From NCBI GenBank assembly GCA_965279525.1, contig CBDIIB010000004.1, positions 96,001 through 160,000 of the forward strand: a stretch of 64,000 nt of DNA, in the 5' to 3' direction. The notes below the pieces were generated by a model, which saw only the letters and a program-made list of their open reading frames with translations, was not told where the DNA came from and made no database searches. Positions 48,359 through 57,516 of the stretch are shown piece by piece. Source of the stretch: Tagaea sp. (GTDB taxonomy: Bacteria; Pseudomonadota; Alphaproteobacteria; CACIAM-22H2). Every line of letters begins with the position of its first letter. The first letter of the stretch is position 1. Both the position numbers and the translations under genes were made by a program.

Positions 48359-49236
48359 ACGACGGGCTGGCCGATAAGTTCGACAGGACGTTCAGGCACT
48401 GGAGCCTCTGGCCCTGCCTGGGCGTCCTCGTCGCCCTTTCGGTCTATCCGGTCCTCCAGCTTGTCCCGATGGCGTTCTCGACGCTGGAACTCGTCGGCGG
48501 GCAGCAGACCTGGACGTTCACGCCGCGCCGGAACCTCGAACTGCTGCTCGGCGACGCCGTCCTGCGCGATTCGATCTGGAACACGCTCGTCTTCGTCGTC
48601 GTTTCGGTCGCGTTCGAGATGGTGCTCGGCCTTTTCTGCGCGATCTTCATCGCGTGCATGCCGCGCTGGCGCGGGACCGCGCGCACGATCATGATCCTGC
48701 CCATCCTGCTGCCGCCGGTCGCGATCGGCAGCATGTGGAAGCTGATGTACAACTACGATTTCGGCCTGTTCAACCAGATGCTGCGCGCCGCCGGGATCGG
48801 GCCGGCGAACTTCCTGGGCAGCGTCGACTGGTCGCTGCTGGCGGTCGTCGCGGTCGATGTCTGGCACTGGACGCCGCTGGTGTTCCTGATCCTTTTCGCG
48901 GCCGTCGAATCGCTGCCGCAGGACGTGCTCGAGGCCGCGCGTATCGACGGCGCTTCGATGTGGCAGACGATCCGGATGATCATCCTGCCGCTGCTCGGGC
49001 CGGCGCTCGCTGTCGCGGCGCTGTTCCGCGCCATCGCCGCATTCAAGGCGTTCGATCAGGTGTACCTGCTGACCTCGGGTGGGCCGGGAACCTCGACCGA
49101 GCTGATCAGCCTGCATCTCAACCGCGTCTTTTTCGAACAGAACCAGCTCGGCTACGGCGCGATGCTCTCTTTGACGGTGATCTGCATGATCGCCGCCTCC
49201 CTGTCGATCGGCCGGTTTGCGGCGACGAAGCGATGA
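48355..49236 (+). CDS. Carbohydrate ABC permease (MalF-like)
   Basis: DVWHWTP, EAARIDGA, TSGGPG. Confidence 0.92.
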   Translation: MNDGLADKFDRTFRHWSLWPCLGVLVALSVYPVLQLVPMAFSTLELVGGQQTWTFTPRRNLELLLGDAVLRDSIWNTLVFVVVSVAFEMVLGLFCAIFIACMPRWRGTARTIMILPILLPPVAIGSMWKLMYNYDFGLFNQMLRAAGIGPANFLGSVDWSLLAVVAVDVWHWTPLVFLILFAAVESLPQDVLEAARIDGASMWQTIRMIILPLLGPALAVAALFRAIAAFKAFDQVYLLTSGGPGTSTELISLHLNRVFFEQNQLGYGAMLSLTVICMIAASLSIGRFAATKR

Positions 49237-50066
49237 TCGTCCCGCTGCAGGGCCACGCGGCGACGATCGGCTATTGCGCGCTCGCACTCGCCGCGCTGTT
49301 CATCCTTGGTCCGACGGCCTGGATTTTCCTCAACTCGATCAAGTTCCAGATCGCGATCTACACCGGCGCGTGGGTTTTCGAGCCGACGCTGCAGAACTAT
49401 ATCGACGTGCTGTTCAGCCGGCGCTCCGACCTGATCTCGAACCTCGCCAACAGCCTGACCGTCGCGGCGATCAGCACGGTGCTGGCTCTCGCGATCGGCA
49501 CGCTGGGCGCCTACAGCCTGCATCGCTGGCACCGGCGCAAGCTGCTGGCGCGGCTGCTGCTGGGCTGGACGCTCGTCTTCCACATGATCCCGACGCTGAC
49601 GTTGGTCGGCCCGTGGTACGTGCTGTTCCAGGCGCTCGGCCTCTACGACACGCTGACGGCACTCATCCTGACCCACATCGCGATCAATCTGCCGCTGACG
49701 ATCTGGATCATGATGACGTTCTTCGACGAGGTACCGGTCGAACTGCGCGACGCCGCCGCGATCGATGGCTGCGGCGAGTTCGGCACGTTCCGCCGCATCA
49801 TGCTGCCGCTCGCGGTCCCCGGCCTCGTCTCGGCCGGAATCCTGTCGTTCGTGTTCAGCTGGAACGAGTTCTCGGTCGCCCTGAACCTGACGTCCCGTGG
49901 CACCGCAACCGTTCCCGTGGCGATCGCGCGCTTCGCCCAGCAGTACGAGATCCAGCATGCCCAGATGGCGGCCGCCTCGATGATCGCAATCGTGCCGGCC
50001 CTGCTTCTGATGGCATTCGGCCAGCGTTTTGTCGTGCGCGGCCTGACGACCGGCGCCGTGAAGTAG
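49233..50066 (+). CDS. Carbohydrate ABC permease (MalG-like)
   Basis: DAAAIDG, FSWNEF, GLTTGAVK. Confidence 0.92.
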   Translation: MIVPLQGHAATIGYCALALAALFILGPTAWIFLNSIKFQIAIYTGAWVFEPTLQNYIDVLFSRRSDLISNLANSLTVAAISTVLALAIGTLGAYSLHRWHRRKLLARLLLGWTLVFHMIPTLTLVGPWYVLFQALGLYDTLTALILTHIAINLPLTIWIMMTFFDEVPVELRDAAAIDGCGEFGTFRRIMLPLAVPGLVSAGILSFVFSWNEFSVALNLTSRGTATVPVAIARFAQQYEIQHAQMAAASMIAIVPALLLMAFGQRFVVRGLTTGAVK

Positions 50067-50113
50067 AAGCGTCGTCCCGGGCGGCCGTTTTCGAGCGGCC
50101 TATGCGACTTTCT

Positions 50114-50135
50114 CCAATTCCCGAATTGGTTAACC
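50114..50135. promoter_or_regulatory. Candidate FadR/GntR operator, copy 1
   Basis: CCAAT-N6-ATTGG-TTAACC, repeated at 51612. Confidence 0.65.
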
Positions 50136-50213
50136 TGGCCCGGTGTTTGGATTTGATTGCATGCATCTTCTCTGACATTTTCTTGCGTGTTCCGAAACGA
50201 GGAGAAGTTCGTG

Positions 50214-50900
50214 ATGTCCGCTTATGTCATCGATCCGCCGCCGGTCGTCGCTGCACCGATCAAGGGTTCCGACAAGCTCTTTCCGGTCCGTCGCGTGTAC
50301 TGCATCGGCCGCAACTACGCCGCACACGCGATCGAGATGGGCCACGACCCGAACCGCGAGCCGCCTTTCTTTTTCCAGAAGAACCCGAACAACATCGATT
50401 TTTCCGCGGTGTTTCCATACCCGTCGCAGTCGAAGGACGTGCACCACGAGATCGAGCTCGTGGTCGCCCTGTCCAAGGGCGGGACGAACATTCCCATCGC
50501 CAAGGCCCTCGATCATGTGTGGGGCTATGCCGTCGGGCTCGACATGACGCGACGCGATCTGCAGGGCATCGCCAAGGAAATGGGACGCCCCTGGGAGATC
50601 GGCAAGGCATTCGAGAAGTCGGCCCCCATGGGTGCCTTCATCCCCGCTTCCCAGATCGGCCACCCCGCGGCAGGCAAGGTGGAACTGAAGGTCAACGGCA
50701 AGGTCAAGCAGACCGGCGACCTCAACCAGATGATCTGGAAGGTTCCGGAGATGATTTCGTATCTCTCGGATTACTTCGAACTGGCGCCCGGCGACATCAT
50801 CATGACCGGTACGCCGTCTGGCGTCGCGGCGGTCGTCGCCGGCGATACGATGGAAGCGCGGATCGACGGCGTCGGCGATCTGACAGTCAAGGTAACCTGA
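50214..50900 (+). CDS. Fumarylacetoacetate hydrolase family (fumarylpyruvate hydrolase NagK-like)
   Basis: FPVRRVYCIGRNYAAH, HHEIEL, LDMTRRDLQ, GKAF, TGTPSGV. Confidence 0.88.
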   Translation: MSAYVIDPPPVVAAPIKGSDKLFPVRRVYCIGRNYAAHAIEMGHDPNREPPFFFQKNPNNIDFSAVFPYPSQSKDVHHEIELVVALSKGGTNIPIAKALDHVWGYAVGLDMTRRDLQGIAKEMGRPWEIGKAFEKSAPMGAFIPASQIGHPAAGKVELKVNGKVKQTGDLNQMIWKVPEMISYLSDYFELAPGDIIMTGTPSGVAAVVAGDTMEARIDGVGDLTVKVT

Positions 50901-50927
50901 AGCGGCTTCCCTGCGCTGGCCGGCAGA

Positions 50928-51605
50928 TCATCCGGTCAGCGCAGGGATGACCCGGTCGCGGACCGACAGCAGGTGTTCGCGCATTCGCGCTGCGGCACCC
51001 GCACCATCCCGCGACGAGATCGCGGCGATTATTTCGGCGTGTTCGATGAAGCTGGCGTGATTTCGGGGTGGAAGCTCGGATGTCCGGAGCTGGCCCCAGA
51101 CGATCGACCGCCGCACGACATTCAACGTATCGAACAGGTGGATTAGGACCTTGTTGTGCGTTGCCTTCGCAATTGCGAGATGAAAATTGTTATCCCACGC
51201 TTCGTAAGTCCGCCAATCGCGAGCCTCCCTGCAACGCCTGCTGCACGCTTCGATCTCGTCGAAGTCCGCCTTCGCGCCGTGAATCGCGGATAGCCGCGCA
51301 AGTTCGGGCTCGATCGCCAATCGGGCCTCGATGACCTTGATCGGACGCGCAAGTTTCTCCAGATATTCGGCATCGTCGAGATTGACCACAGGCTGCGATC
51401 CGACAAACGTTCCGCGGCCGACATGACGCCAGATCAGGCCGTCGTTTTCGAGTTCGGCCAAAGCCTTGCGAAGCTCGCCACGCGAAACGCCGAGCTTCCC
51501 GCATAGATCCCTTTCGGGCGGGAGGCGCTGATTGTGATCAAAGCCGCTTTCGACGATGAAACGACGAACCCTGTCAGCGAGGAATGCATGGGAAGCTTCG
51601 GGCAT
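50928..51605 (-). CDS. FadR/GntR family regulator (FCD domain)
   Basis: RLPPERDL...GVSR...GRGTFV, EARLAIEP, DNNFH, EH. Confidence 0.92.
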   Translation of the reverse strand: MPEASHAFLADRVRRFIVESGFDHNQRLPPERDLCGKLGVSRGELRKALAELENDGLIWRHVGRGTFVGSQPVVNLDDAEYLEKLARPIKVIEARLAIEPELARLSAIHGAKADFDEIEACSRRCREARDWRTYEAWDNNFHLAIAKATHNKVLIHLFDTLNVVRRSIVWGQLRTSELPPRNHASFIEHAEIIAAISSRDGAGAAARMREHLLSVRDRVIPALTG

Positions 51606-51611
51606 GACCCA

Positions 51612-51633
51612 CCAATCATTCAATTGGTTAACC
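51612..51633. promoter_or_regulatory. Candidate FadR/GntR operator, copy 2
   Basis: CCAAT-CATTCA-ATTGG-TTAACC next to the regulator start. Confidence 0.65.
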
Positions 51634-51795
51634 GTTCGGCCTTCTCATATGCCGTCCGCTATAATATCAATCAAGACGGCTCGATTGTCGCCGACGAAGT
51701 GACGCTCGAACCTGTAGGCTGGCGGCATCAACGCCCCGGCCGTTGATAAATGAATGCGCGCTCAGATCGCGCATCTCGAGAGGAAGGAACGGCGG

Positions 51796-52731
51796 ATGCG
51801 TCTCGCTACGATTCGATTCGATGGCCGACTGGAAAGCGCCGTGATGCTTTCGGACGGTTCCGCGCTCCGCCTCGAGGCGGCTGCCAAGCTGGCCGCGATG
51901 CCGACCGGATCGGTCGCTTCAATTCAGGCTGTTGTCGCCGGCGGCGACGAAACCCTCGCCGCAATCCGCAAGCTCGTGGCGAAGGTCGACGCGAAATCCG
52001 GCGCGATCGTGCGAGCAGGCGACGTCAAGCTGGCGGCACCGCTGCCGCGCCCGGCCAAGAACGTGTTCTGCGTCGGCCGGAACTATGCGGAGCACATCGC
52101 CGAAGGTGAGCGCGCGCAGAACGTCAAGATCGGGGTTACCGAACACCCAGTCTTCTTCACGAAGCCGTCGACCGCCGTCGTCGGGCCCGGCGACGCGGTT
52201 CCCCTGTTTCCGCATGTCTCCACGCAGATCGACTACGAGGTAGAACTGGCGGTGATCATCGGAAAGCCGGGGCGCGATATCCGGCGCGAGCAGGCATACG
52301 ATCACGTGTACGGCTACACGATCGTCAATGATGTTTCGGCACGCGACGTCCAACGGCGCCACGGCGGGCAGTATTTCAAGGGCAAGGGATTGGACGGCTC
52401 CTGCCCGATGGGACCGTGGATCGTGACGGCCGACGAATTTCCGAGTCCGCAGAACACCGGCATCCGCCTTACCGTGAACGGCGCGCTGCGCCAGAACGGC
52501 AATACGTCGGCGATGATCTTCGACATTCCGACCCTGATCGCGTCGCTTTCCGAAGGGCTGACGCTGGAGCCGGGCGACGTCATCGCGACCGGAACGCCGT
52601 CCGGTGTCGGATACGCGATGGTCCCGCCCCAATTCCTCAAGCATGGTGACGTCGTGGAGTGCGAGATCGACGGAATCGGCAAGCTTGGGAACAGCTTCGC
52701 AACGGCAGGCGCCCCCAGCCAGGCCGCGTGA
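51796..52731 (+). CDS. Fumarylacetoacetate hydrolase family protein (HpcE/FAHD2-like)
   Basis: CVGRNYAEH, DYEVEL, NDVSARD, GKG.D, TGTPSGVG. Confidence 0.9.
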   Translation: MRLATIRFDGRLESAVMLSDGSALRLEAAAKLAAMPTGSVASIQAVVAGGDETLAAIRKLVAKVDAKSGAIVRAGDVKLAAPLPRPAKNVFCVGRNYAEHIAEGERAQNVKIGVTEHPVFFTKPSTAVVGPGDAVPLFPHVSTQIDYEVELAVIIGKPGRDIRREQAYDHVYGYTIVNDVSARDVQRRHGGQYFKGKGLDGSCPMGPWIVTADEFPSPQNTGIRLTVNGALRQNGNTSAMIFDIPTLIASLSEGLTLEPGDVIATGTPSGVGYAMVPPQFLKHGDVVECEIDGIGKLGNSFATAGAPSQAA

Positions 52732-52791
52732 AAGAAGCCGGGCCAAAAATGGCCCGGACGAAAACAAAACTGGAAGAGGAGAGGAAACACC

Positions 52792-53835
52792 ATGCGTATC
52801 TCGACATTCCGTCCCGTAACCCGCCGTGCGGTTGTCGCCGGCTCGTTCGCCGTTGCCGCCGCTCTAGCGGTCGGCGCCGGTGACGCACGCGCGCAGGCCC
52901 AGAACGTCACGTTCGTGCAGCCGAGCCCCTCGGCGATCAACTCCTTCCCCATCTACGTCGCGATCGGCGAGGGCTATTTCCAGCAGGAAGGCCTCAACGT
53001 CCGTGTCGAATCGATCAACGGCTCCGGTCCCGTGCTGCAGGCGCTGGCATCGGGCCAGGCGCAATTCGGCCGTCCAGGCCCCGGTCCCGTCCTCTCCGCG
53101 CGCGCGCGCGGCGTCGACGTGATGTTCATCTACAACGTCTCGACGCGCACCAATTTCGGCATCGTCGTGCGCGAAGGTTCCACCTACCAGAAGCCGGCCG
53201 ATCTCAAGGGGCGTACGATCGGCACGGGTACTGCCGACGGCGCCGAAGTGGGCTTCGCGCGCAACGTGCTGCTTGGTGCCGGACTCAAGGAACCAGCGGA
53301 CTATAAGTTCCTGACGGTCGGCGACGGCGGTCCGGCGACGGCGGCATTCACGCGCAACGACATCGTGGCGTATTCGGCCTCGACAGCCGACATGGCGATC
53401 CTGAACAACCGCGGCTTGAAGGTGCGTGACATCACGCCGCCGGAGTACCAGACGCTGTTCGGCAACGGCATCGCGGCGTTGGGTGCCACGGTCCGCAACA
53501 ATCCGGACCTGGTGACGAAGTTCGGCCGTGCGGTCGCACGCGGACATGCCTTCGCGCTCAATCCGGCCAACAAGGCAAAGGTGTTGGCGCACCTGAAGGC
53601 CGGAATGCCGCAGGAAAGCGAGGATGCGGCGTTCGCGTCGGCGCTGTTCGACGCGGTGTCGGCGAAGACCATTCCGATCGACCGTTCGAAGGGTTTCGGC
53701 TTCCAGCCGCCCGAGGGTTGGGCCGAGTGGCACAAGAACATGCTGAGCACCGGCGACCTGAAGGCGGCACTTCCCGACCTCAACGCGGCGTACACGAACC
53801 AGTTCGTGGCCGCCTGGAACGCCGGGATCCGCTGA
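52792..53835 (+). CDS. ABC substrate-binding protein, NMT1/THI5-like, possible Tat signal
   Basis: TRRAVV leader, GYFQQEGL, DLKGRTIG. Confidence 0.87.
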   Translation: MRISTFRPVTRRAVVAGSFAVAAALAVGAGDARAQAQNVTFVQPSPSAINSFPIYVAIGEGYFQQEGLNVRVESINGSGPVLQALASGQAQFGRPGPGPVLSARARGVDVMFIYNVSTRTNFGIVVREGSTYQKPADLKGRTIGTGTADGAEVGFARNVLLGAGLKEPADYKFLTVGDGGPATAAFTRNDIVAYSASTADMAILNNRGLKVRDITPPEYQTLFGNGIAALGATVRNNPDLVTKFGRAVARGHAFALNPANKAKVLAHLKAGMPQESEDAAFASALFDAVSAKTIPIDRSKGFGFQPPEGWAEWHKNMLSTGDLKAALPDLNAAYTNQFVAAWNAGIR

Positions 53836-54644
53836 TGTCGAGTGCCGCAGCCCTCGCGCCCGTGTCGGCATCGCCGGGCGAGATCGTCTACAAGCTCTCG
53901 GACGTCGGGAAGACCTATGCCCGGAACGCGATCCATGCGCTCCAGGGAATCAACCTGACGCTCCGGAAGGGCAGCTTCTCGTCCGTCATCGGGTCGAGCG
54001 GCTGCGGCAAATCGACTCTGCTAAAGATAATGGCGGGCCTCATTCCGCCGTCGACGGGACGGGTCGTCCTCCAGGGACGGCCCGTCATCGGCCCGCGCCG
54101 GGACATCGGCATGATGTTCCAGCAGGCCACGCTCTTTCCGTGGCGCACGACGATCGAAAATATCGTCCTTCCGATCGAGATCCGGGATGGGAAGAACGCC
54201 GCGCTCGCGGTGCACGACAAGGCGCGAGCGCTCCTCGAACTCGTCGGCCTCAAGGGTTTCGACAAAGCCTACCCGGGCGAGCTTTCCGGCGGCATGGCCC
54301 AGCGCGCCGCGATCTGCCGCATGCTCATCACCGAGCCGGCAGTCCTGCTTCTCGACGAACCGTTCAGCGCCCTTGACGAGCTGACGCGCGACTTCATGAA
54401 CATGGAACTGCAGCGTATCTGCGCATCGCGCGACGCGACCGCTTTTCTCGTGACGCACTCGATTCCCGAGGCGGTGATCCTCTCGGACGTCGTCTATGTG
54501 ATGAAACCCCGACCGGGCCGCATCGCGGAGGAGGTCGTGATCGACCTTCCGCGTCCGCGTACGCTCGAGATGATCACGACGCCGAAGTTCGGCGCGCTGG
54601 TCGAGCGCATCCGCGGCCGTCTCGACAAGGAGGCCTTCATTTGA
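53835..54644 (+). CDS. ABC ATP-binding protein (NitT/TauT)
   Basis: GSSGCGKST, LSGGMAQR, LDEPFSALD, VTHS. Confidence 0.92.
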   Translation: MSSAAALAPVSASPGEIVYKLSDVGKTYARNAIHALQGINLTLRKGSFSSVIGSSGCGKSTLLKIMAGLIPPSTGRVVLQGRPVIGPRRDIGMMFQQATLFPWRTTIENIVLPIEIRDGKNAALAVHDKARALLELVGLKGFDKAYPGELSGGMAQRAAICRMLITEPAVLLLDEPFSALDELTRDFMNMELQRICASRDATAFLVTHSIPEAVILSDVVYVMKPRPGRIAEEVVIDLPRPRTLEMITTPKFGALVERIRGRLDKEAFI

Positions 54645-55501
54645 CCGCCCCCGCAAACACTGCGCCCGAAGCTGCCGGCGCCGAAACCATCTGGGTCGAA
54701 CACGTTGCCTGGTTCGACCGCGTGCCGCGCGCCATCGCGATGGCTTTCGTATTCGGCGTCTTCATCGGCCTCTGGGAGCTCGTAACGCGGCTCGGCGTCG
54801 TGTCGCCGATCATCCTGCCCACGCCGCTCGAGACGCTGATGGACATTTTCCTGGTCGGGCGCAACCTGATCGGCGGCGAGTACATGCTTGCGGCCCTCTG
54901 GACGACCCTGCGCGAGGTCGCCTACGGCTTCGCGCTCGCGATGACGATCGGGTTCTCGCTCGGAATCCTGGTCGGCGAGACTGCGTTCGGCGAGCGCGCC
55001 ATCATGCCGTATCTCGTGGCGATCGACACGATGCCGAAGGTCGCCTTCGCGCCGCTGTTCATTTCGTGGCTGGGCTTCGACATCGAGTCAAAGGTGGCGT
55101 TGGCCGCCTTCATCGCCACATTCCCGATCGTCGTGGGCACGGCCGCCGGCCTGCATTCGGCCGATACGAACGCGCGGATGCTCTTCAAGACGATGGGGGC
55201 GACGCGCCTGCAGACCCTGTTCAAGATGAAGCTGCCGACCGGGTTGCCGCAGATATTCACCGGTCTCAAGATCGCTGCCGTCGGTGTCATGGCCGGTGCG
55301 ATCACCGGCGAGTTCCTCGGTGGCGGGCGCGGCTTCGGCGAACTGATCCGCGTCGCATCGACGCAGCTCAACACGCCGCGCGTGTTCTCGCTGATCATCT
55401 ATCTCAGTCTTGTCGGCATGTCGTTGTTCGGTCTTGTCGTCTGGATGCAGCGCCGGTTCGTGTTCTGGCACAAGGACCGGGTCGTCGGCGGCGAACTCTG
55501 A
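54641..55501 (+). CDS. ABC permease (NitT/TauT)
   Basis: MPKVAFAPLF.SWLGF, GAITGEF; TTG start overlapping the upstream stop. Confidence 0.9.
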   Translation: MTAPANTAPEAAGAETIWVEHVAWFDRVPRAIAMAFVFGVFIGLWELVTRLGVVSPIILPTPLETLMDIFLVGRNLIGGEYMLAALWTTLREVAYGFALAMTIGFSLGILVGETAFGERAIMPYLVAIDTMPKVAFAPLFISWLGFDIESKVALAAFIATFPIVVGTAAGLHSADTNARMLFKTMGATRLQTLFKMKLPTGLPQIFTGLKIAAVGVMAGAITGEFLGGGRGFGELIRVASTQLNTPRVFSLIIYLSLVGMSLFGLVVWMQRRFVFWHKDRVVGGEL

Positions 55502-55506
55502 AGTCG

Positions 55507-56565
55507 ATGGCGGTCAAGAGCGCCGTTTCGCGAGCCGAACTCGTCGGGTTCGTCGCGCGGGTTTTCGAGGCCCTGCGTGTCCCGCCGACTGACGCGCGCG
55601 CCGTTGCCGGGCTGATGGTCGAAGCCGATGCGCTCGGCTTCGACACGCACGGGGTTTTCCGTCTCCGGCAATACGTCAATCGTCTCCGGGACGGCGGCTG
55701 CAAGCCGAATGCGCGCATCTCCGTCATTTCCGAAACGATGGCAACGGCCCTCGTCGATGGCGACAACGGACTTGGCCATCTTGCGATGCAGTTCGCCTGC
55801 AATCTCGCGATGGAGAAAGCCCGCGTCGCCGGTATCGGCTGGATCGGCATCCGCGGCGGGAACCATGCGGGCCCGGCGGCTCTCTATGTCCGTCCTCAGG
55901 CTTCGGCCGGCATGATCGGACTTTGCGCGGCGGTTGGCAGCGCCAATCACGTGGCACCGTTCGGCGGCACCGACATCCTTCTCGGGACGAACCCGATCGC
56001 GGTCGCGGCACCGAGCGGCGGGCCGGATCCCTTTGTCCTCGACATGGCGACGACTGTCGCGGCGATGGGCAAGATCAAGACGCTCGCCCAGCGGGGCGAG
56101 AAGATGCCGGAAGGCTGGATGGTGGGGCGCGACGGCAAGCCGCTGACCGATCCAAATCTTCGCGACGACGGCTTCCTGCTGCCGATCGGCGGTGCAAAAG
56201 GATACGGGCTGTCGGTCGCCATCGGATTGCTCGCCGGCATCCTGAACGGTGCGGCATTCGGCTCGAGCGTCGTTGACTTCACGAAGGACACGAAGAAGCC
56301 GACGAATACCGGCCAGTTCGTCGCGGCAATCGACATTTCGGCTTTCGGCGAGGTCGCCGCCTTCGAAGCCGCATGCCGTCAGGCGTTCGGGGAACTGAAG
56401 GCGTCGACGCCGTTGCCGGGACACGAGCCGGTAAGGATACCGGGTGAGGGGCGCGGTGCACGTCGGGCGAAGGCCGAGACACTGGGGATCGGCCTGCATG
56501 CCGCGCTGAGGTCCGAACTCGACCTAATTGCCGACGAGTTCGGGGTGGAGCGGATCGCGACTTGA
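55507..56565 (+). CDS. Ldh2 (malate/L-lactate/sulfolactate/ureidoglycolate dehydrogenase type 2) family oxidoreductase
   Basis: DTHG, DGDNGLG, NHAG, GTNPIA, DMATT, KGYGL, RIPGE. Confidence 0.9.
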   Translation: MAVKSAVSRAELVGFVARVFEALRVPPTDARAVAGLMVEADALGFDTHGVFRLRQYVNRLRDGGCKPNARISVISETMATALVDGDNGLGHLAMQFACNLAMEKARVAGIGWIGIRGGNHAGPAALYVRPQASAGMIGLCAAVGSANHVAPFGGTDILLGTNPIAVAAPSGGPDPFVLDMATTVAAMGKIKTLAQRGEKMPEGWMVGRDGKPLTDPNLRDDGFLLPIGGAKGYGLSVAIGLLAGILNGAAFGSSVVDFTKDTKKPTNTGQFVAAIDISAFGEVAAFEAACRQAFGELKASTPLPGHEPVRIPGEGRGARRAKAETLGIGLHAALRSELDLIADEFGVERIAT

Positions 56566-57516
56566 GCAGGGTCGGATCGCCAAGGGGCGGACGGTCTCCC
56601 GTGCCCTGAGCGCGTGCTGTATCCCGGGCACGACGTCAAAAGCGATTCCGGCGGCTGCCAGCGCTTCGACCGTCTCGTCGCCGCGCCCGGAGACGAACGG
56701 GTTCCCGCTCATGATGCGCGCCACGCGCCGGCCCTCACGTGCGAGGCGAACAAGCAATGCACATATCCCTTCCTGCGCCTGCGAGACGAGGATCCTTTCG
56801 GCATCGCGCCGGGCAAGGTCGGGAATTCGCGGATCGACCAGGTGGTCGCAGACGATCACGTCGGCTTCCTGAAGCCGGCGCACCGCTTTGAGCGTCAGAA
56901 GCTCCGGGTCGCCTGATCCGGCACCGACGAGACTCACATGCCCGGTATTGTCTCCGGTCCCGAGAAGCGCGCGGTCGAGCGCCTTGCGCGCCTCGTCTTC
57001 GCGGCCGGCAAGGGCTAGCTCGCCGATGCGCCCGTCGAATGCCGATTCCCAGAAGCGGCGGCGCACGGACGCGTCGGGAATGGCGCGCGCGACGCGGTCG
57101 CGAAGTTCGCCGGCAAAGGCCGCGAGCCGTTCGAAGGCTTGCGGGATCAGCAGTTCGATGCGAAGCCGCAGTCGGCGTGCAAGCACGGGCGACGTCCCGG
57201 CCGTCGAAATCGCGATGGTGACGGGGCCGCGCTCGACGATCGCGGGCCACAAGAAATCGCACAGGGACGGCCGGTCGACGATGTTGACCGGTACACAGCG
57301 CGCGCGCGCCGCCGCGGCGACCGCCTCGCCGACAGCCGGATCGGGATCCGCGCAGACGACAAGTACGGCATCGCCGATCTCGCACGGTCCGTCGCCGCGC
57401 CGGACGAGGGCGCCGGCGCGCGCAAGCTGCTCGGCTTTCGATGCGGCCGCAGAGGCCGTCCCGACAACCAGCACCGGGCGGCCGTCGAGATCGAGGAAGA
57501 TCGGGAAATGGCGCAT
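56524..57516 (-). CDS. cysG: Siroheme synthase CysG-like, with degenerate and truncated methyltransferase domain
   Basis: FPIFLDL, NIVDRP.LCDF, AISTAGTSPVLAR, RRRFWE, LVGAGSGDPELLTLKA; homology stops at VVPGI; 330 aa. Confidence 0.75.
   Translation of the reverse strand: MRHFPIFLDLDGRPVLVVGTASAAASKAEQLARAGALVRRGDGPCEIGDAVLVVCADPDPAVGEAVAAAARARCVPVNIVDRPSLCDFLWPAIVERGPVTIAISTAGTSPVLARRLRLRIELLIPQAFERLAAFAGELRDRVARAIPDASVRRRFWESAFDGRIGELALAGREDEARKALDRALLGTGDNTGHVSLVGAGSGDPELLTLKAVRRLQEADVIVCDHLVDPRIPDLARRDAERILVSQAQEGICALLVRLAREGRRVARIMSGNPFVSGRGDETVEALAAAGIAFDVVPGIQHALRARETVRPLAIRPCSSRDPLHPELVGN

Noticed and set aside
52738-52757. 8-bp hairpin CCGGGCCA-AAAA-TGGCCCGG between the FAH gene and the SBP gene
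   Set aside because: Short, no U-tract on the coding strand; not enough to call a terminator
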